Source: Spirochaetia bacterium
GTDB lineage: Bacteria; Spirochaetota; Spirochaetia; SZUA-6; Bin103
Direction of reading: 5' to 3'
Length of the DNA: 64,000 nucleotides
Assembly: GCA_965208575.1 (NCBI GenBank)
Contig: CBDBOV010000001.1
Location: forward strand, 1-64,000
In this document: in pieces, positions 1 to 11,063 of the stretch
Layout: every line of letters begins with the position of its first letter
Numbering within the stretch: the stretch's first letter is position 1
Program-made: the position numbers and the translations under genes
The notes under the pieces: model-generated
Told to the model about the DNA's origin: nothing
The model's database searches: none
The model's input: only the letters and a program-made list of their open reading frames with translations

Positions 1-2743
1 CGTCGGGCCACAGGTCGGTGTCCAGGTGGGCGCCGAGAACGGCGAGTGCGCCTCGGTATTCGGTAGCGGAGGGAGGATAGAGGCCCGCGGCGGTGGTGGC
101 CTCATGGAAGCCACCGGCGCAGTCGTTGCGCAGGAGCCGGTCGCGGTTGGCCGGCGTCCCGGCGGCATTCATGACCAGATGGCCGATTTAGAGGTCGATG
201 CAGCCGTCGCGGTTGTAGTCGAGCCAGGCGGCGGCCTTGGTGCGATGGGCCGAAAGCTCACCCAGCGGGGGGCTGGCTCGGTCATCGACCCCGGCCAGCG
301 CCGCGACCTCGCGGAACAGCGGCTCCCCGGGCAGGATGACGCCTCCGTTCTCTACCAGGAGGTTCTGCAGCAGCAGGTTGGGCGGACCGTCGGGTTGGTT
401 CTCGCGCGTGATCACCCACTCCGAGCGATCGGTGTAGACGTAGATGTCGCGGTCGCCGTCGTTGTCGTAGTCGGCAAAGATCGACCCCGACATGTCGGTG
501 GCCGGGAGCTTCGGCACGAGATGGTGGGCGGCCTCGAAGGTGCCGTCACCGAGGTTGCGGAACAGCCGTGGCGGGTACCGCGGGGCGCCACCGACCGCGA
601 ACAGATCCACCCAGCCGTCGTTGTCGATGTCGATCCAGTTGACGCCGAGACCGTGCGCGGACTCAGAGCTGTATACATCGCCGCTCACGCCGGCGGCCGT
701 GCTCACGTCCGTGAATCTGAAGCCCGGCGCCGGGCCGCCGGCCGGCGAAGCGACCGTGGCGTCCGCTTCGCCGGCGGTTGTGGGGGCAAGGACGGCTGCG
801 GCGCTGCCGTCGAACCAGGTGAGGGCGCGGGCGAACGCGTCGCGGCCGATCAGGGAACCGATGCGGCGTCCCGGCAGGTCGTCCATGCGCGGGTGGATGC
901 CGCCGTAGAGGCGCGAGATGCCGGCCTCGTCGGAGGCGTCGTAATAGGTCGCCCACTGCAGCGTCACGGTCTCGGTGGGGCCGGTCTCGAACACCAGGAA
1001 CTCGTTGGCCTTGGCCTCGAATTCGCCCAGGCCGCCGGGAAAGTACTCGCTGCCGGTGAACAGCGCCATCACCTCCGCCGCCGCGCGGCTGAAGGTGCTG
1101 TGCCCCGAGATGTAGCCGGCGAACGGCGGCGTGACGAAGGTGTCGCGCTGGTAGGGGACCCAGTCGATGCCGAGGATCCAGTCTACGCCGGTGTAGTCGG
1201 TGCCCTTGCCCGAAAAAGCTGGCCGGCGGGTGATGCTTGGGTGTCGGCTTTCATCGTCTTCCAAGTCACGGAGTGACCGTACAGACTCCTCCGGCTTGCC
1301 GAGCCAGGAGTAGACGGCGATCTCCCCGACGTGCTCGGCGAGGTGGGCGTGGCGCTCGCCGGAGGCGGCGCTCGCCGCGGTGATCAGCTCCGCCACTCCC
1401 GGCTCCAGCGGCAGGCCGTGCGGGTCGTAGGAGGGCAGCTCCGGGTCGGAGGACTGTCCCAGTCCCGCCATGTGGCGGATGGCGGTGATCGGCCGCACGT
1501 AGTCGTAGTGCCCCTTCAGCCCCCAGGCGCAGACCGCGGCGTCATGCACCGCCCCGTTCAAGGCCAGGTACAGCTTCACGTCCCACTCCAGCGGGTCGAG
1601 CACCGGCCCCTCGCCGCCGATGCGCCGCTCCAGCAGCGGGTGGTCGGTCACGTAGTTGGCCAGGGTGTTCCAGTGCCCCGGCGGGGTCTCCGAGTCGGGG
1701 CCGTCGGCCCAGAACTCGGCAATCACCCGCGCCCAGTCGCCGCGCTTGACGAGGTTGGGCTCGTAGGGCTTTCCAGTAACCGGATTTACCGGGTAGCCGA
1801 CCCCATCGTTGGCCCCCAGGCTGTTGCCGCCGAAGGAGAGGGGCGAGATGTCCATCATCACGCCGTCGTCGGGGTCGAGCGTGGTGGAGTAGCGCAGCAC
1901 CTCGGCGAAGCCGTGGCGGTACTCGTCGCTGCCCTCGCCGCCGAGGTAGGGCGGCGGGCCGGGATCGTGGAACACGCCCTCGCCGGGGGTCATGCCGGCA
2001 CCGGGCAGAGAGAAGGATGTCACCGAGCCCCAGTGTGAGCCGATGAAGCGCTGCACGCCGCCCGGCTGCACGCGGCCGGCCTGGTCGACGAACAGGCGCA
2101 GCGACAGCGGCTGCCAGCGGTTGGGGTCGGCCAGCTCGCCGACGCCGGAGTTGGCCACCACCAGCGGCGGGTTCACCGGCCGGTAGTCGAACTCGAAGGC
2201 GTAGGAGCCCAGCTCGTCGGCGCCGTCGTCGTAGCCCTGGTCGAGGATCAGCTTGGCGATGCGGTTGCCCACCGCGGCCGGGCTGTTGCCCTCGCGCTCG
2301 GTGACGCGGTAGTCGTAGCCGAGCTCCAGCAGCAGGTCGTCGAAGCTGGGCAGGGAGACGTAGGCGCCGGGCGAGATCTGGTAGCGGCGGTAGAGCACGC
2401 GGTAGGCGGCGTAGCTGATCGCCTCGTGGCGCGCCGCGGCCACGTCGTCGGCCTGGATCCGTTCCTTGAGGAAGATCGGCTCGGCGGTGTCGTCGTAGAC
2501 CGCCCACGCGTCCCACATCGCGGCGGACACATGGTACAGGTTGCGCGCGTGGATCGGCGGCCGCGCGAAGTCGTTGCGAATCGCCTGCAGCATCAGCTCG
2601 TTCCACTGCCGCGCCACCGAGTGCGGCTGCGGCTCGGCGCAGACGCCCGCCGCCACCAGCGCCAGCACTGCGCAAACTGCCAGCCGCAGCAGCCCGCTCC
2701 CGCCGCCGCGGCGTCCCCTCTCGTGCGCGTTCATCGCCTTCAT
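1..2743 (-). CDS. Vanadium-dependent haloperoxidase (PAP2/VCPO type) fused to a C-terminal FG-GAP/CRTAC1-like domain; in-frame TAA at 188-190, frame continues off the window edge
   Basis: Signal peptide; motifs KGHYDYVRP, PPFAGYISGHS, SRLYGGIH; FG-GAP-like DIDNDGWVDL, DYDNDGDRDI, DYNRDGCIDL. After TAA the same frame reads IGHLVMN...DRLLRNDCAGGF...HLDTDLWPD. Confidence 0.8.
1200..1288 (+). repeat. Dispersed ~89-bp repeat, copy A (in frame inside the haloperoxidase gene)
   Basis: Ungapped match to 15685-15773 (78/89 identical by hand count); also matches 37332-37416 (reverse strand) and 44670-44751. Confidence 0.9.
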
Positions 2744-2793
2744 CGTCGTCGTTGCGCCGACACGCTCCAGTCGCGATAGTATAGGAGGTAGAC

Positions 2794-3213
2794 ATGAGCA
2801 GGGAACGTTGTGAAGAAGTAATGCGTCGTTACCTCGCCGAGGTGCTCGGAGAGAGGAAGCTCGAGGTGATCAGCCAGATCGCCGCCGAGGACATGGTCGA
2901 CCACTCCCAGCCGAAACCGGGCCGCAGGGGCCTGGAGAGACACGCCGGCGGCTTCCTCGCCGCGGTACCGGACGCTCAGATCGTCATCGACCACATCGTG
3001 GCCGGCGAGGACACTGTCGTGGGCATCTGGCACTGGCGCGGAACGCCGGTGGTGGAGTTCTTTGGCGTGCCGCCGACAGGGCGCGAGGTGGAAAACCGTA
3101 CCGCGAGCATCTTCAAGCTGCGTGATGGCCTGCTCGTCGACTACACGCACATCAGCGATGGACTCTCAACCGTCCGTCAGATGGGCGCTGAATTGACCAT
3201 CCCTTCCGCCTGA
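2794..3213 (+). CDS. SnoaL-like ester cyclase (NTF2 fold)
   Basis: GGAGG RBS; 139 aa with D..DH, GVPPTGREV and FKLRDGLL patterns. Confidence 0.85.
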   Translation: MSRERCEEVMRRYLAEVLGERKLEVISQIAAEDMVDHSQPKPGRRGLERHAGGFLAAVPDAQIVIDHIVAGEDTVVGIWHWRGTPVVEFFGVPPTGREVENRTASIFKLRDGLLVDYTHISDGLSTVRQMGAELTIPSA

Positions 3214-3250
3214 AACCTGCGCTGGGCGGAGGGTAGCGCAGGGTTGCTCT

Positions 3251-4261
3251 TTACAACACCACCGCTTTACCGCTATTGAGGGACTCGAACACTGCATCGA
3301 TCACCTTCATCTGAGCGATGCTGTCCTGGGGCGATATGCGGTGCGGCGCACCCGTATCCAGACATTCGCACAGGTGCTGCAGTTGCCGGGTGAACTGAAA
3401 CGTAGGGTTGAACTCATAATGCGCCACGCCGTCTCTCGTTTTCTGCTTCAACACCACCGCCTGATCCTCGTTGTTCCACGCCAGGTCCTCGATTCGCAGC
3501 AGGCCGCGGGTGCCCATGATCTCCACGTTCTGGGAATGCCAGGAGGCAAAACCCGAAGTAATCTGTGCCGTGCGGCCACCGGCAAAGATCAGCATGATGG
3601 AGGCGGCATCATCCACCTCGACACCCGGAATCTGGGTGGCAAATACTCGCTCCGGCTGCTCGCCAAAGATGAACCTCGCATGGTGTATGTTGTAACATGC
3701 TACGATATAGATCGCCCCGCCCGCCTTGGCCCGTTGCCAGTACCAGTTCACTTGCGGTTGGCGGTCCTCAAACGGGTGGCAGAAGGTGCTGTTCACCTGC
3801 AGAACCTCCCCGATACCGCCCCTTTCGATGATTTCTTTGGTTTTCAAATGCATAGGGTGGTGGCGAAACTTCCAGGCCTCAGCGACGAACACGCCGCTGT
3901 TTCGGCAGGCGGCGATCAGCGCCTCGGCTTCGGCCGCGTTAACGGTAAAGGGTTTCTCAACAAGAATGGCCGTCACGCGCCGTGATTCTGCGATGCGGGT
4001 TCCCAACTCGGCGTGATTTACCTGCCAGGTGCAGATAATCGCGACGTCGATCGGTTCCTTCTCCAGCATCTCCTCGAGTCGGGTGTAGCTGCGCTCGACT
4101 TGGAACTGCCGGATGAACGAGTCCAGGGCTTTCTGCGAAACATCGCAGACGGCCACGAGGTCGGTCTGGTCGTTTTGCAAACACGCCCTCGCATGTGCCC
4201 GGGCAATGGATCCCGTGCCAACGATGACTACCCGATACTTGTTTTTCTTTGTGTTGTTCAT
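3251..4261 (-). CDS. Gfo/Idh/MocA family NAD(P)-dependent oxidoreductase
   Basis: GTGSIA Rossmann motif, EKP motif, GGA..IVACYNIH; visibly lower GC than neighbours. Confidence 0.9.
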   Translation of the reverse strand: MNNTKKNKYRVVIVGTGSIARAHARACLQNDQTDLVAVCDVSQKALDSFIRQFQVERSYTRLEEMLEKEPIDVAIICTWQVNHAELGTRIAESRRVTAILVEKPFTVNAAEAEALIAACRNSGVFVAEAWKFRHHPMHLKTKEIIERGGIGEVLQVNSTFCHPFEDRQPQVNWYWQRAKAGGAIYIVACYNIHHARFIFGEQPERVFATQIPGVEVDDAASIMLIFAGGRTAQITSGFASWHSQNVEIMGTRGLLRIEDLAWNNEDQAVVLKQKTRDGVAHYEFNPTFQFTRQLQHLCECLDTGAPHRISPQDSIAQMKVIDAVFESLNSGKAVVL

Positions 4262-4379
4262 GTAAAAGAAGCTATAACTTACACAGGCCGGGCCACAGCG
4301 CCAACAGCGGCGCCTGTTGCATGTAATTCCGCCCTTCGATGCTCAACATGCCGCCCCAGCTCGGTTGCGGTGGAGGAAT

Positions 4380-4642
4380 ACCGAATCCCCAGCGACCCGT
4401 GGCTGCGGGCGCTCTCGTCGGACCGTGAGGACGGCGACCGCGAGGAGCGGTTCATGGCGGCCGATCACGAAGTCGGGGGCGTGCCTGTTCGGGTCGTCGA
4501 GCTCACTGGCCGGGCGGGCGATGTCGTCGTCGGCCACCCCTGGCTGCTGCACGCGCCCGCTCCCAACTGCGGCACGAGCCCGAGATTCATGACCGTGCAG
4601 CGGGTGCAGGTGGCGGCGGGCGGGAGCGCCCCGGAAGCCTGA
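4380..4642 (+). pseudogene. C-terminal remnant of a phytanoyl-CoA dioxygenase (PhyH) family gene
   Basis: VELTGRAGDVVVGHPWLLHAPAPNCGTSPRF matches the PhyH C-terminal pattern; no N-terminal HxD part or credible start. Confidence 0.65.
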
Positions 4643-4681
4643 GCGCCGCGTCGGGCTGGGATAGGCTGGGCTTTCCGACCA

Positions 4682-4710
4682 TTGACGCGTTTTGATCGCT
4701 CTGTTAATCT
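4682..4710 (+). promoter_or_regulatory. Putative sigma70 promoter of ABC operon 1
   Basis: TTGACG-17 bp-TAATCT with extended TG, upstream of an AAGGAGG RBS. Confidence 0.55.
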
Positions 4711-4742
4711 GCCACAATTCGTCTCATCACAAGGAGGAATAT

Positions 4743-6671
4743 GTGAACGTCGATAAGCTGCACCCCATCGTCCAAGCCGCCTGCCGGGCCAAGGGCCTCG
4801 TCCTGGCGGCCCTGCTGGTTCCGCTCGGCCTCGTTCCGGCCGTGCTGGCGCAGGACTACTCCGAGGCGCCGATCCTGGCCGAGCAGGTCGCCGCGGGCGA
4901 GTTGCCCGCGGTCGCCGACCGCCTGCCGGATGAGCCCTTCATCGTCGGCCCGGACGTGATCGTGCACGCCGAGAACCTGGACTGGGAGCCCGGGCGGTAC
5001 GGCGGCACCCTGCACATGGCGCATCCCGGCCCCGACTGGAACCCCGACATCTTCATCATGCTCAACGAGCACCTGCTCATGGCCCCTGGCATCAGCGTGG
5101 ACGGCATCCGCCCCAACGTGCTGAGGGCTTTCGAGGCCAACGACGACAACACCGTCTTCACCTTCCACCTGCGCAAGGGCCTCAAGTGGTCGGACGGCAT
5201 GCCCGTGACCACCAAGGACGTGCGCTTCATGTTTGAAGACGTCTATCACAACGAGGAGCTCACGCCGAGCTTCCCGGCCAAGTTCCGCGCCGGCGGGCGG
5301 CCCGACGGCGAGATCGTGGACCTGCAGATCGTCGACGACCACACCTTCTCCATGGCCTTCACGGAGCCCTACGGTACGCTGCTGAGCGAACTCACCATCA
5401 AGGGCTGGCAGGGCTACACCGACGTCATGCAGCCGTCGCACCACCTCCAGCAGTTCCACATCGACTACACCTCCCTCGACGACATGCGCGCCGCCCTGGA
5501 CGCGGCCAACCTCGGTAACGAGTGGGCGCAGTTGTTCACCGCCAGGAACTGCCGCAACTGGGATCTGACCAAGGCCAACTGCATCGGCTTCCCGGCCCTC
5601 TACCCGTGGGTGCGCGTCGAGGCCAGCGAGCCCGGAATCATGCAGTTCGCCCGCAACCCCTACTACTTCAAGGTCGACACCACCGGCCAGCAGCTTCCCT
5701 ACATCGACGAGGTCGTCTCGGTCCTGGTGGAAGACTCCGACATGGTCAACCTCAACGTGCTGACCGGCGACGTCGACCTCCTCCGCGAGGACACCGCCCT
5801 GATCAAGCTCCCGCTGTACAAGGAGAATGAGGCGAAAGGCGGCTTCCAGGTCGCCCTGCTCGACAATCACGTCGACCCGACCGCCCTGTGGCTGAACTAC
5901 ACCTTCGACGATCCCGTGTGGCGCGAGGTGACCGGCAACCTCGAGTTCCGCCGGGCGCTGAACATGAGCATCAACCGCCAGGAGATCATCGACAGCATCT
6001 ACTTCGGTCTGGCGGAGCTCCCACAGTTGGTGCCGAGCGTCTACGATGTCGCGGAGGCCAACCGCATTCTCGACTCGATCGGCATGGACAAGCGCGACGA
6101 CGACGGCTTTCGGCTGAGCCCCAGTGGACAGCCGTTCAGCATCCCCATCGAGACGGCCAACCACGCCCCGGACATCATCCCGGTGTCCGAGCTGCTGGTG
6201 GAGCACATCAAGGACGTAGGCATCCGCGCCACCCTGAACGTCATCGAAGGCTCGCTCGTCGGGCAACGCGCCGCTGCCAACGAGCTGCAAGCGAGCGTGG
6301 TATGGGCGGTGCAGCCGATGTGGCCCAACGGCACCTGGACCGATTACACCCCGACGACAAGGTGGGGCCCACGATGGAGAACTTGGTACAACACCTCCGG
6401 CGCCGATGGGGAGGAACCGCCGGAAGCAGTCCGACGCATCTACGAGTTGCAGGAGGGCCGCATCAGGGCGATCCCCGGCAGCGATGAGGACAAGGCGCTC
6501 TACGCCCAGATCTTCCAGATCCACCACGACAACGTCTACATATTCAACATCGCCGAGCGGGTGCGCTACGCGCTCGTTACCAACGCCGACCTCGGCAACG
6601 TGCCTCATGGGGGCCAGGCCATTGGCGGCAACAACAGCGGCGAGCAGTTCTTCTATCGGACGTCGCAATAA
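4743..6671 (+). CDS. ABC transporter substrate-binding protein, family 5
   Basis: AAGGAGG then GTG; signal peptide; LRKGLKWSDG and RNPYYFKVD..GQQLPYID. Confidence 0.92.
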   Translation: MNVDKLHPIVQAACRAKGLVLAALLVPLGLVPAVLAQDYSEAPILAEQVAAGELPAVADRLPDEPFIVGPDVIVHAENLDWEPGRYGGTLHMAHPGPDWNPDIFIMLNEHLLMAPGISVDGIRPNVLRAFEANDDNTVFTFHLRKGLKWSDGMPVTTKDVRFMFEDVYHNEELTPSFPAKFRAGGRPDGEIVDLQIVDDHTFSMAFTEPYGTLLSELTIKGWQGYTDVMQPSHHLQQFHIDYTSLDDMRAALDAANLGNEWAQLFTARNCRNWDLTKANCIGFPALYPWVRVEASEPGIMQFARNPYYFKVDTTGQQLPYIDEVVSVLVEDSDMVNLNVLTGDVDLLREDTALIKLPLYKENEAKGGFQVALLDNHVDPTALWLNYTFDDPVWREVTGNLEFRRALNMSINRQEIIDSIYFGLAELPQLVPSVYDVAEANRILDSIGMDKRDDDGFRLSPSGQPFSIPIETANHAPDIIPVSELLVEHIKDVGIRATLNVIEGSLVGQRAAANELQASVVWAVQPMWPNGTWTDYTPTTRWGPRWRTWYNTSGADGEEPPEAVRRIYELQEGRIRAIPGSDEDKALYAQIFQIHHDNVYIFNIAERVRYALVTNADLGNVPHGGQAIGGNNSGEQFFYRTSQ

Positions 6672-6688
6672 CGCACCGTCTCACCGAC

Positions 6689-6718
6689 CGCCTGCCGGGC
6701 TCTAGCGCCCGGCAGGCG
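6689..6718 (+). terminator. Stem-loop between SBP and permease (mRNA stabiliser or attenuator)
   Basis: CGCCTGCCGGGC/GCCCGGCAGGCG 12-bp perfect stem; no U-tract. Confidence 0.6.
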
Positions 6719-6744
6719 CCCCCTGCGCTTCCGGGAGACGTTAG

Positions 6745-7743
6745 GTGTTAGGGTTCATCGTTCGCCGGTCGATCATGCTGGTCCCCATCCTGGTCCTGAT
6801 CTCGGTCGTGTCGTTCGTCATCATCGAGCTTCCGCCCGGCGACTGGATCGACGTGCGACTTGCGACGCTTCGCGACAGCGGCATCGAGCTCGATGAAGAG
6901 GAGGCCGACCGTCTCGAGGCGTTGTACGGCTTCAACCTGCCCGTCCATGAGCGCTACCTGCGCTGGATGAAGGGCATCGTGTTCGACTTCAACTTCGGCT
7001 GGTCGTTCCAGTGGGCGCGCCCGGTGAACGACCTGCTGGCCGAGCGCCTGCCACTGACCCTGCTCATCTCGCTGCTGTCGCTGGTGGTGTCGTGGCTGAT
7101 CGCCCTCCCCATCGGCATCTACTCCGCCACCCACCAGTATTCGACTCCCGACTATGCCTTTACCTTCTTCGGCTTCCTGGGCCTCGCCATCCCCGGATTC
7201 CTGCTGGCGCTGGTCATGGCCTGGGTGCTGTTCCGGTTCTTTGGTTTTTCCTCCAGCGGCCTGTACGACATCTCCTTCGTGGGAGAGCCGATGTCGTGGC
7301 CGAAGTTCGTGAGCATCCTGCAGCACCTGATCCTGCCGCTGCTGATCATCGGCCTGGCCGGCACCGGCGCCACCATCCGGATCATGCGCGGCAACCTGCT
7401 CGACGAGCTGAAGCGTCAGTACGTGGTGACGGCCCGCTCCAAGGGCGTGGCCGAACTCAGGCTGCTGTTCAAGTATCCGGTGCGGCTCGCGATGAACCCG
7501 GTGCTCAGCACCATCGGCTGGGTACTGCCCGCCATCTTCTCCGGCGAGGTGCTCGTCTCTCTCGTGCTGGGCCTGCAAACCACCGGCCCGCTGTTGCTGC
7601 GGGCCGTGCTCGCGCAGGACATGTTCCTCGCCGGCAGCATCGTGCTGATATTGAGCACCCTCACCGTGATCGGCACCCTGGTCTCGGATATCCTGCTGGC
7701 CTGGCTCGATCCGCGCATCCGCTACGGGGCGGTGAGCAGATGA
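6745..7743 (+). CDS. ABC permease, OppB/DppB-like
   Basis: LPPGD N-terminal motif, TARSKG EAA loop, DPRIR C-terminus. Confidence 0.93.
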   Translation: MLGFIVRRSIMLVPILVLISVVSFVIIELPPGDWIDVRLATLRDSGIELDEEEADRLEALYGFNLPVHERYLRWMKGIVFDFNFGWSFQWARPVNDLLAERLPLTLLISLLSLVVSWLIALPIGIYSATHQYSTPDYAFTFFGFLGLAIPGFLLALVMAWVLFRFFGFSSSGLYDISFVGEPMSWPKFVSILQHLILPLLIIGLAGTGATIRIMRGNLLDELKRQYVVTARSKGVAELRLLFKYPVRLAMNPVLSTIGWVLPAIFSGEVLVSLVLGLQTTGPLLLRAVLAQDMFLAGSIVLILSTLTVIGTLVSDILLAWLDPRIRYGAVSR

Positions 7744-8927
7744 GCCACCGCGATTCCCCGGACCGTCTAGCGAACCTTCCCGGCCCGGACGCGCCCGACG
7801 AGACCGCCGTCACCTTCGGCGGCGAACGGGTCGACGAGAGCATCTACTACGCCAGCCAGTGGCAGTTGATCTGGTGGCGCTTCCGCCGCCACCGCCTTGC
7901 CATCGGCTCCGGCGTCCTGCTGGCCCTGATCTACCTCCTGTCGATGTTCTCAGGCTTCTTCAGCCCCTACTCGCCCAGCCAGCGCTTCGACCAGTACCAG
8001 CAGGCGCCCCCGATGCGGATCCGGCTCCTCAACGAAGGCCGCTTCATCGGGCCCCACTACTTCGGCCTCGAGCGGGAGCTGGACACCGAGACCTTCCGCT
8101 ACGAGTTCGTCTACGACGAGAGCCAGGTCTACCCGCTCCGGCTGTTCGTCCGCGGCGAGCCCTACGAGTTCCTGGGGCTGTTCCCGACCGACATCCACTT
8201 CTTCGGCACTCCGGCGGAGGCCCCCCCGCCGCTGCTGCTGTTCGGCGCGGACCGGCTCGGCCGCGACATCTTCAGCCGCACCCTCAACGGCGGTCGCATC
8301 TCGTTGTCGATCGGGCTCATCGGGGTGCTGTTGAGCTTCGTCCTCGGCGTCGCCCTGGGCGGCATCTCCGGCTACTTCGGCGGTGTGGTCGACGAGATCG
8401 TCCAGCGCACGGTCGACTTCTTGATCTCGATTCCGCAGCTCCCCCTGTGGATGGCGCTGTCGGCGGCGCTGCCGCGGGACTGGCCGGTGCTGCGGACCTA
8501 TTTCGCCATCACCATCATCCTCTCGATCGTTGGCTGGACCAGCCTCGCCCGCGTGGTGCGCGGCAAGTTGCTCTCGCTCCGGGAGGAGGACTACGCCCTC
8601 GCCGCGCAGGCGGCCGGGGCCGGCAAGCGCCGGATCATCTTCAAGCACCTGCTGCCGGGCTTCACCAGCCACCTGATCGTGAGCATCACCCTGGCGGTTC
8701 CCGGCATGATCCTCGCCGAGACCGCGCTCAGCTTCATCGGGCTCGGCATCCAGCCGCCCGCCGTGAGCTGGGGCACGCTGCTGCAAGACGCCCAGGACAT
8801 CGTCGCCATCGCGCATCAGCCGTGGCAGCTGATCCCTGCCATCTTCGTGATCGCCACCGTGCTGCTGTTCAACTTCATCGGCGACGGCCTGCGCGACGCC
8901 GCCGACCCCTACTCGGAGGCGAACTGA
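7740..8927 (+). CDS. ABC permease, OppC/DppC-like
   Basis: ATG overlaps the upstream TGA; GADRLGRDIFSR, ETALSFIGLG, GDGLRDAADP. Confidence 0.93.
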   Translation: MSHRDSPDRLANLPGPDAPDETAVTFGGERVDESIYYASQWQLIWWRFRRHRLAIGSGVLLALIYLLSMFSGFFSPYSPSQRFDQYQQAPPMRIRLLNEGRFIGPHYFGLERELDTETFRYEFVYDESQVYPLRLFVRGEPYEFLGLFPTDIHFFGTPAEAPPPLLLFGADRLGRDIFSRTLNGGRISLSIGLIGVLLSFVLGVALGGISGYFGGVVDEIVQRTVDFLISIPQLPLWMALSAALPRDWPVLRTYFAITIILSIVGWTSLARVVRGKLLSLREEDYALAAQAAGAGKRRIIFKHLLPGFTSHLIVSITLAVPGMILAETALSFIGLGIQPPAVSWGTLLQDAQDIVAIAHQPWQLIPAIFVIATVLLFNFIGDGLRDAADPYSEAN

Positions 8928-8928
8928 G

Positions 8929-9987
8929 GTGGCGGATTCACGGGCGCTCGTCGAGGTCAGGGATCTGCAGGTGCACTTTCACCTGGCCGAGGGCGTGGTG
9001 CGCGCCGTCGACGGGGTGAACTTCGAGATCCACCCGGGCCGGACGCTCGGCGTGATCGGCGAGAGCGGCTCGGGCAAGTCGGTGTCGGCGCAGTCGATCC
9101 TCGGCATCGTGCCCTCGCCGCCCGCGAAGCTGGTCGGCGGACAGATCCTGCTGAACATCGAGGACCCAGAGACCGGCACCGTGAGCAGCGTCGACCTGGC
9201 CAGGCTGCCGAAGACCGGGACGGAGTACCGGGGCATCCGCGGCAGGGACATCGGCATGATCTTCCAGGAACCGATGACCTCGTTCAGCCCGGTGCACACC
9301 ATCGGCAACCAGATCATGGAGTCGCTGCTGCTGCACACGGAACTCGACAAGAAGGGCGCCCGCGCGCGCGCCGCCGAGCTGCTCGGCCACGTCGGCATCC
9401 CCAACCCGCATCGCAACGTCGACGCCTACCCGCACGAGTTCTCGGGCGGCATGCGCCAGCGCGCGATGATCGCCATGGCGCTGGCGTGCCAGCCCCGGCT
9501 GCTCATCGCCGACGAGCCCACCACCGCCCTCGACGTCACCATCGAGGCGCAGATCCTCAACCTCATCCAGGAACTGCAGCAGGAGCTGCACATGGCGATT
9601 CTCTACATCAGCCACGACCTCGCCGTGGTCGGCGGTCTCGCCGACGAGATCATGGTGATGTACATGGGTATGGTGATGGAATACGCCAGCGCGGACGACA
9701 TCTTCGACGACCCCAAGCACCCCTACACCCAGGCGCTGTGGCGTTCGATCCCGCGCATCGACGGGCCGCTCGATGAGCTGGTGCCGATCACCGGCAGCGT
9801 GCCGAGCCCGTTCGCCGTCCAGCGCGGCTGCCCGTTCTCCACCCGCTGCCCGCAATGCATCCCCGGCGTCTGCGACGAGCGCCGGCCGCCGGAGATCGAG
9901 GTCGGCCCGAACCACACCGTACGCTGCTTCCTGTACACCGACGACCACCAGACCCTCGCCGACGAGGGCGGCGCGGAGGGACCGTGA
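8929..9987 (+). CDS. ABC ATPase, OppD/DppD-like
   Basis: [27 protein letters not shown]-terminal Cys cluster. Confidence 0.95.
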   Translation: MADSRALVEVRDLQVHFHLAEGVVRAVDGVNFEIHPGRTLGVIGESGSGKSVSAQSILGIVPSPPAKLVGGQILLNIEDPETGTVSSVDLARLPKTGTEYRGIRGRDIGMIFQEPMTSFSPVHTIGNQIMESLLLHTELDKKGARARAAELLGHVGIPNPHRNVDAYPHEFSGGMRQRAMIAMALACQPRLLIADEPTTALDVTIEAQILNLIQELQQELHMAILYISHDLAVVGGLADEIMVMYMGMVMEYASADDIFDDPKHPYTQALWRSIPRIDGPLDELVPITGSVPSPFAVQRGCPFSTRCPQCIPGVCDERRPPEIEVGPNHTVRCFLYTDDHQTLADEGGAEGP

Positions 9988-11063
9988 GCCGGGAACGAGA
10001 CGAGACCACCGCGGCGCCCACCGCGCCCGGGACCGAACAGCGCACGCCGCTCCTCGAGGTGCGGGATCTCAAGAAGTACTTCCCCGTCCAGCAGGGCTTC
10101 CTGCGCCGCACCGTGGGCTACGTGAAGGCCGTCGACGGCGTGAGCTTCACCGTCGATCCGGGTGAAACGCTGGGCATCGTCGGCGAGAGCGGCTGCGGCA
10201 AGACCACCCTCGGCCGCTGCCTGCTGCGCCTCTACGAGCCCACCGACGGCGCCATCGGGCTCAACCTCGACGAAGGTTCTCTCGATGTAATGAACCTGAG
10301 CGGCGACGACATGAAGCTGTTCCGGCGCCGGGCGCAGATCATCTTCCAGGACCCCTTCTCATCGCTCAACCCGCGCCTCAGCATCCTCGATACCGTCGGC
10401 GAGCCGCTGCTGGTGAACAACGTGGCCCGCGGCCGCGAGCTCGAGGAGCGCGTCAGGGAGGTGATCGTGCAGGTGGGGCTGCGGGTCGAGCACCTGCGCC
10501 GCTTCCCGCACAGCTTCAGCGGCGGGCAGCGCCAGCGCATCGGCATCGCCCGGGCGCTGGTGGTCAACCCCAAGATCGTCGTCGCGGACGAGCCCGTATC
10601 GGCCCTCGACGTCTCCATCCAGGCGCAGATCCTGAACCTCCTGGTGCGCCTGCAGGAGGAGTTCCACCTCACCTACCTGTTCGTGTCGCACGACATGAGC
10701 GTGGTCCGCTACATCTGCGACCGCATCGCGGTGATGTACGCCGGCAGGATCGTCGAGCTCGGGCCCAAGGCCGATGTCCTGTCCGCGCCGCGCCACCCCT
10801 ACACGGAGTTGCTGCTGGCCGCCGTGCCGCGCACCGCCAGGGGGGTCCGCGGCCAGCGGACCATCACGCCCGGCGAGCCGCCGGACCTCTCCAACCTGCC
10901 GTCGGGTTGCGTCTTCCGCGACCGCTGCAAGTACGCCCAGGAGATCTGCGCCGAGCAGGAGCCCGTCCTGCAGAAGGTCGACGACAACCACTTCGCCAGT
11001 TGCCACTTCGCGGACTCCCTCGAACTCGAGGGCATCCGCGCAGCCGCCGCGGGCAGTTCCTAG
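9984..11063 (+). CDS. ABC ATPase, OppF/DppF-like
   Basis: GTGA overlap; GESGCGKT, FSGGQRQR, VADEPVSALD. Confidence 0.95.
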   Translation: MSRERDETTAAPTAPGTEQRTPLLEVRDLKKYFPVQQGFLRRTVGYVKAVDGVSFTVDPGETLGIVGESGCGKTTLGRCLLRLYEPTDGAIGLNLDEGSLDVMNLSGDDMKLFRRRAQIIFQDPFSSLNPRLSILDTVGEPLLVNNVARGRELEERVREVIVQVGLRVEHLRRFPHSFSGGQRQRIGIARALVVNPKIVVADEPVSALDVSIQAQILNLLVRLQEEFHLTYLFVSHDMSVVRYICDRIAVMYAGRIVELGPKADVLSAPRHPYTELLLAAVPRTARGVRGQRTITPGEPPDLSNLPSGCVFRDRCKYAQEICAEQEPVLQKVDDNHFASCHFADSLELEGIRAAAAGSS

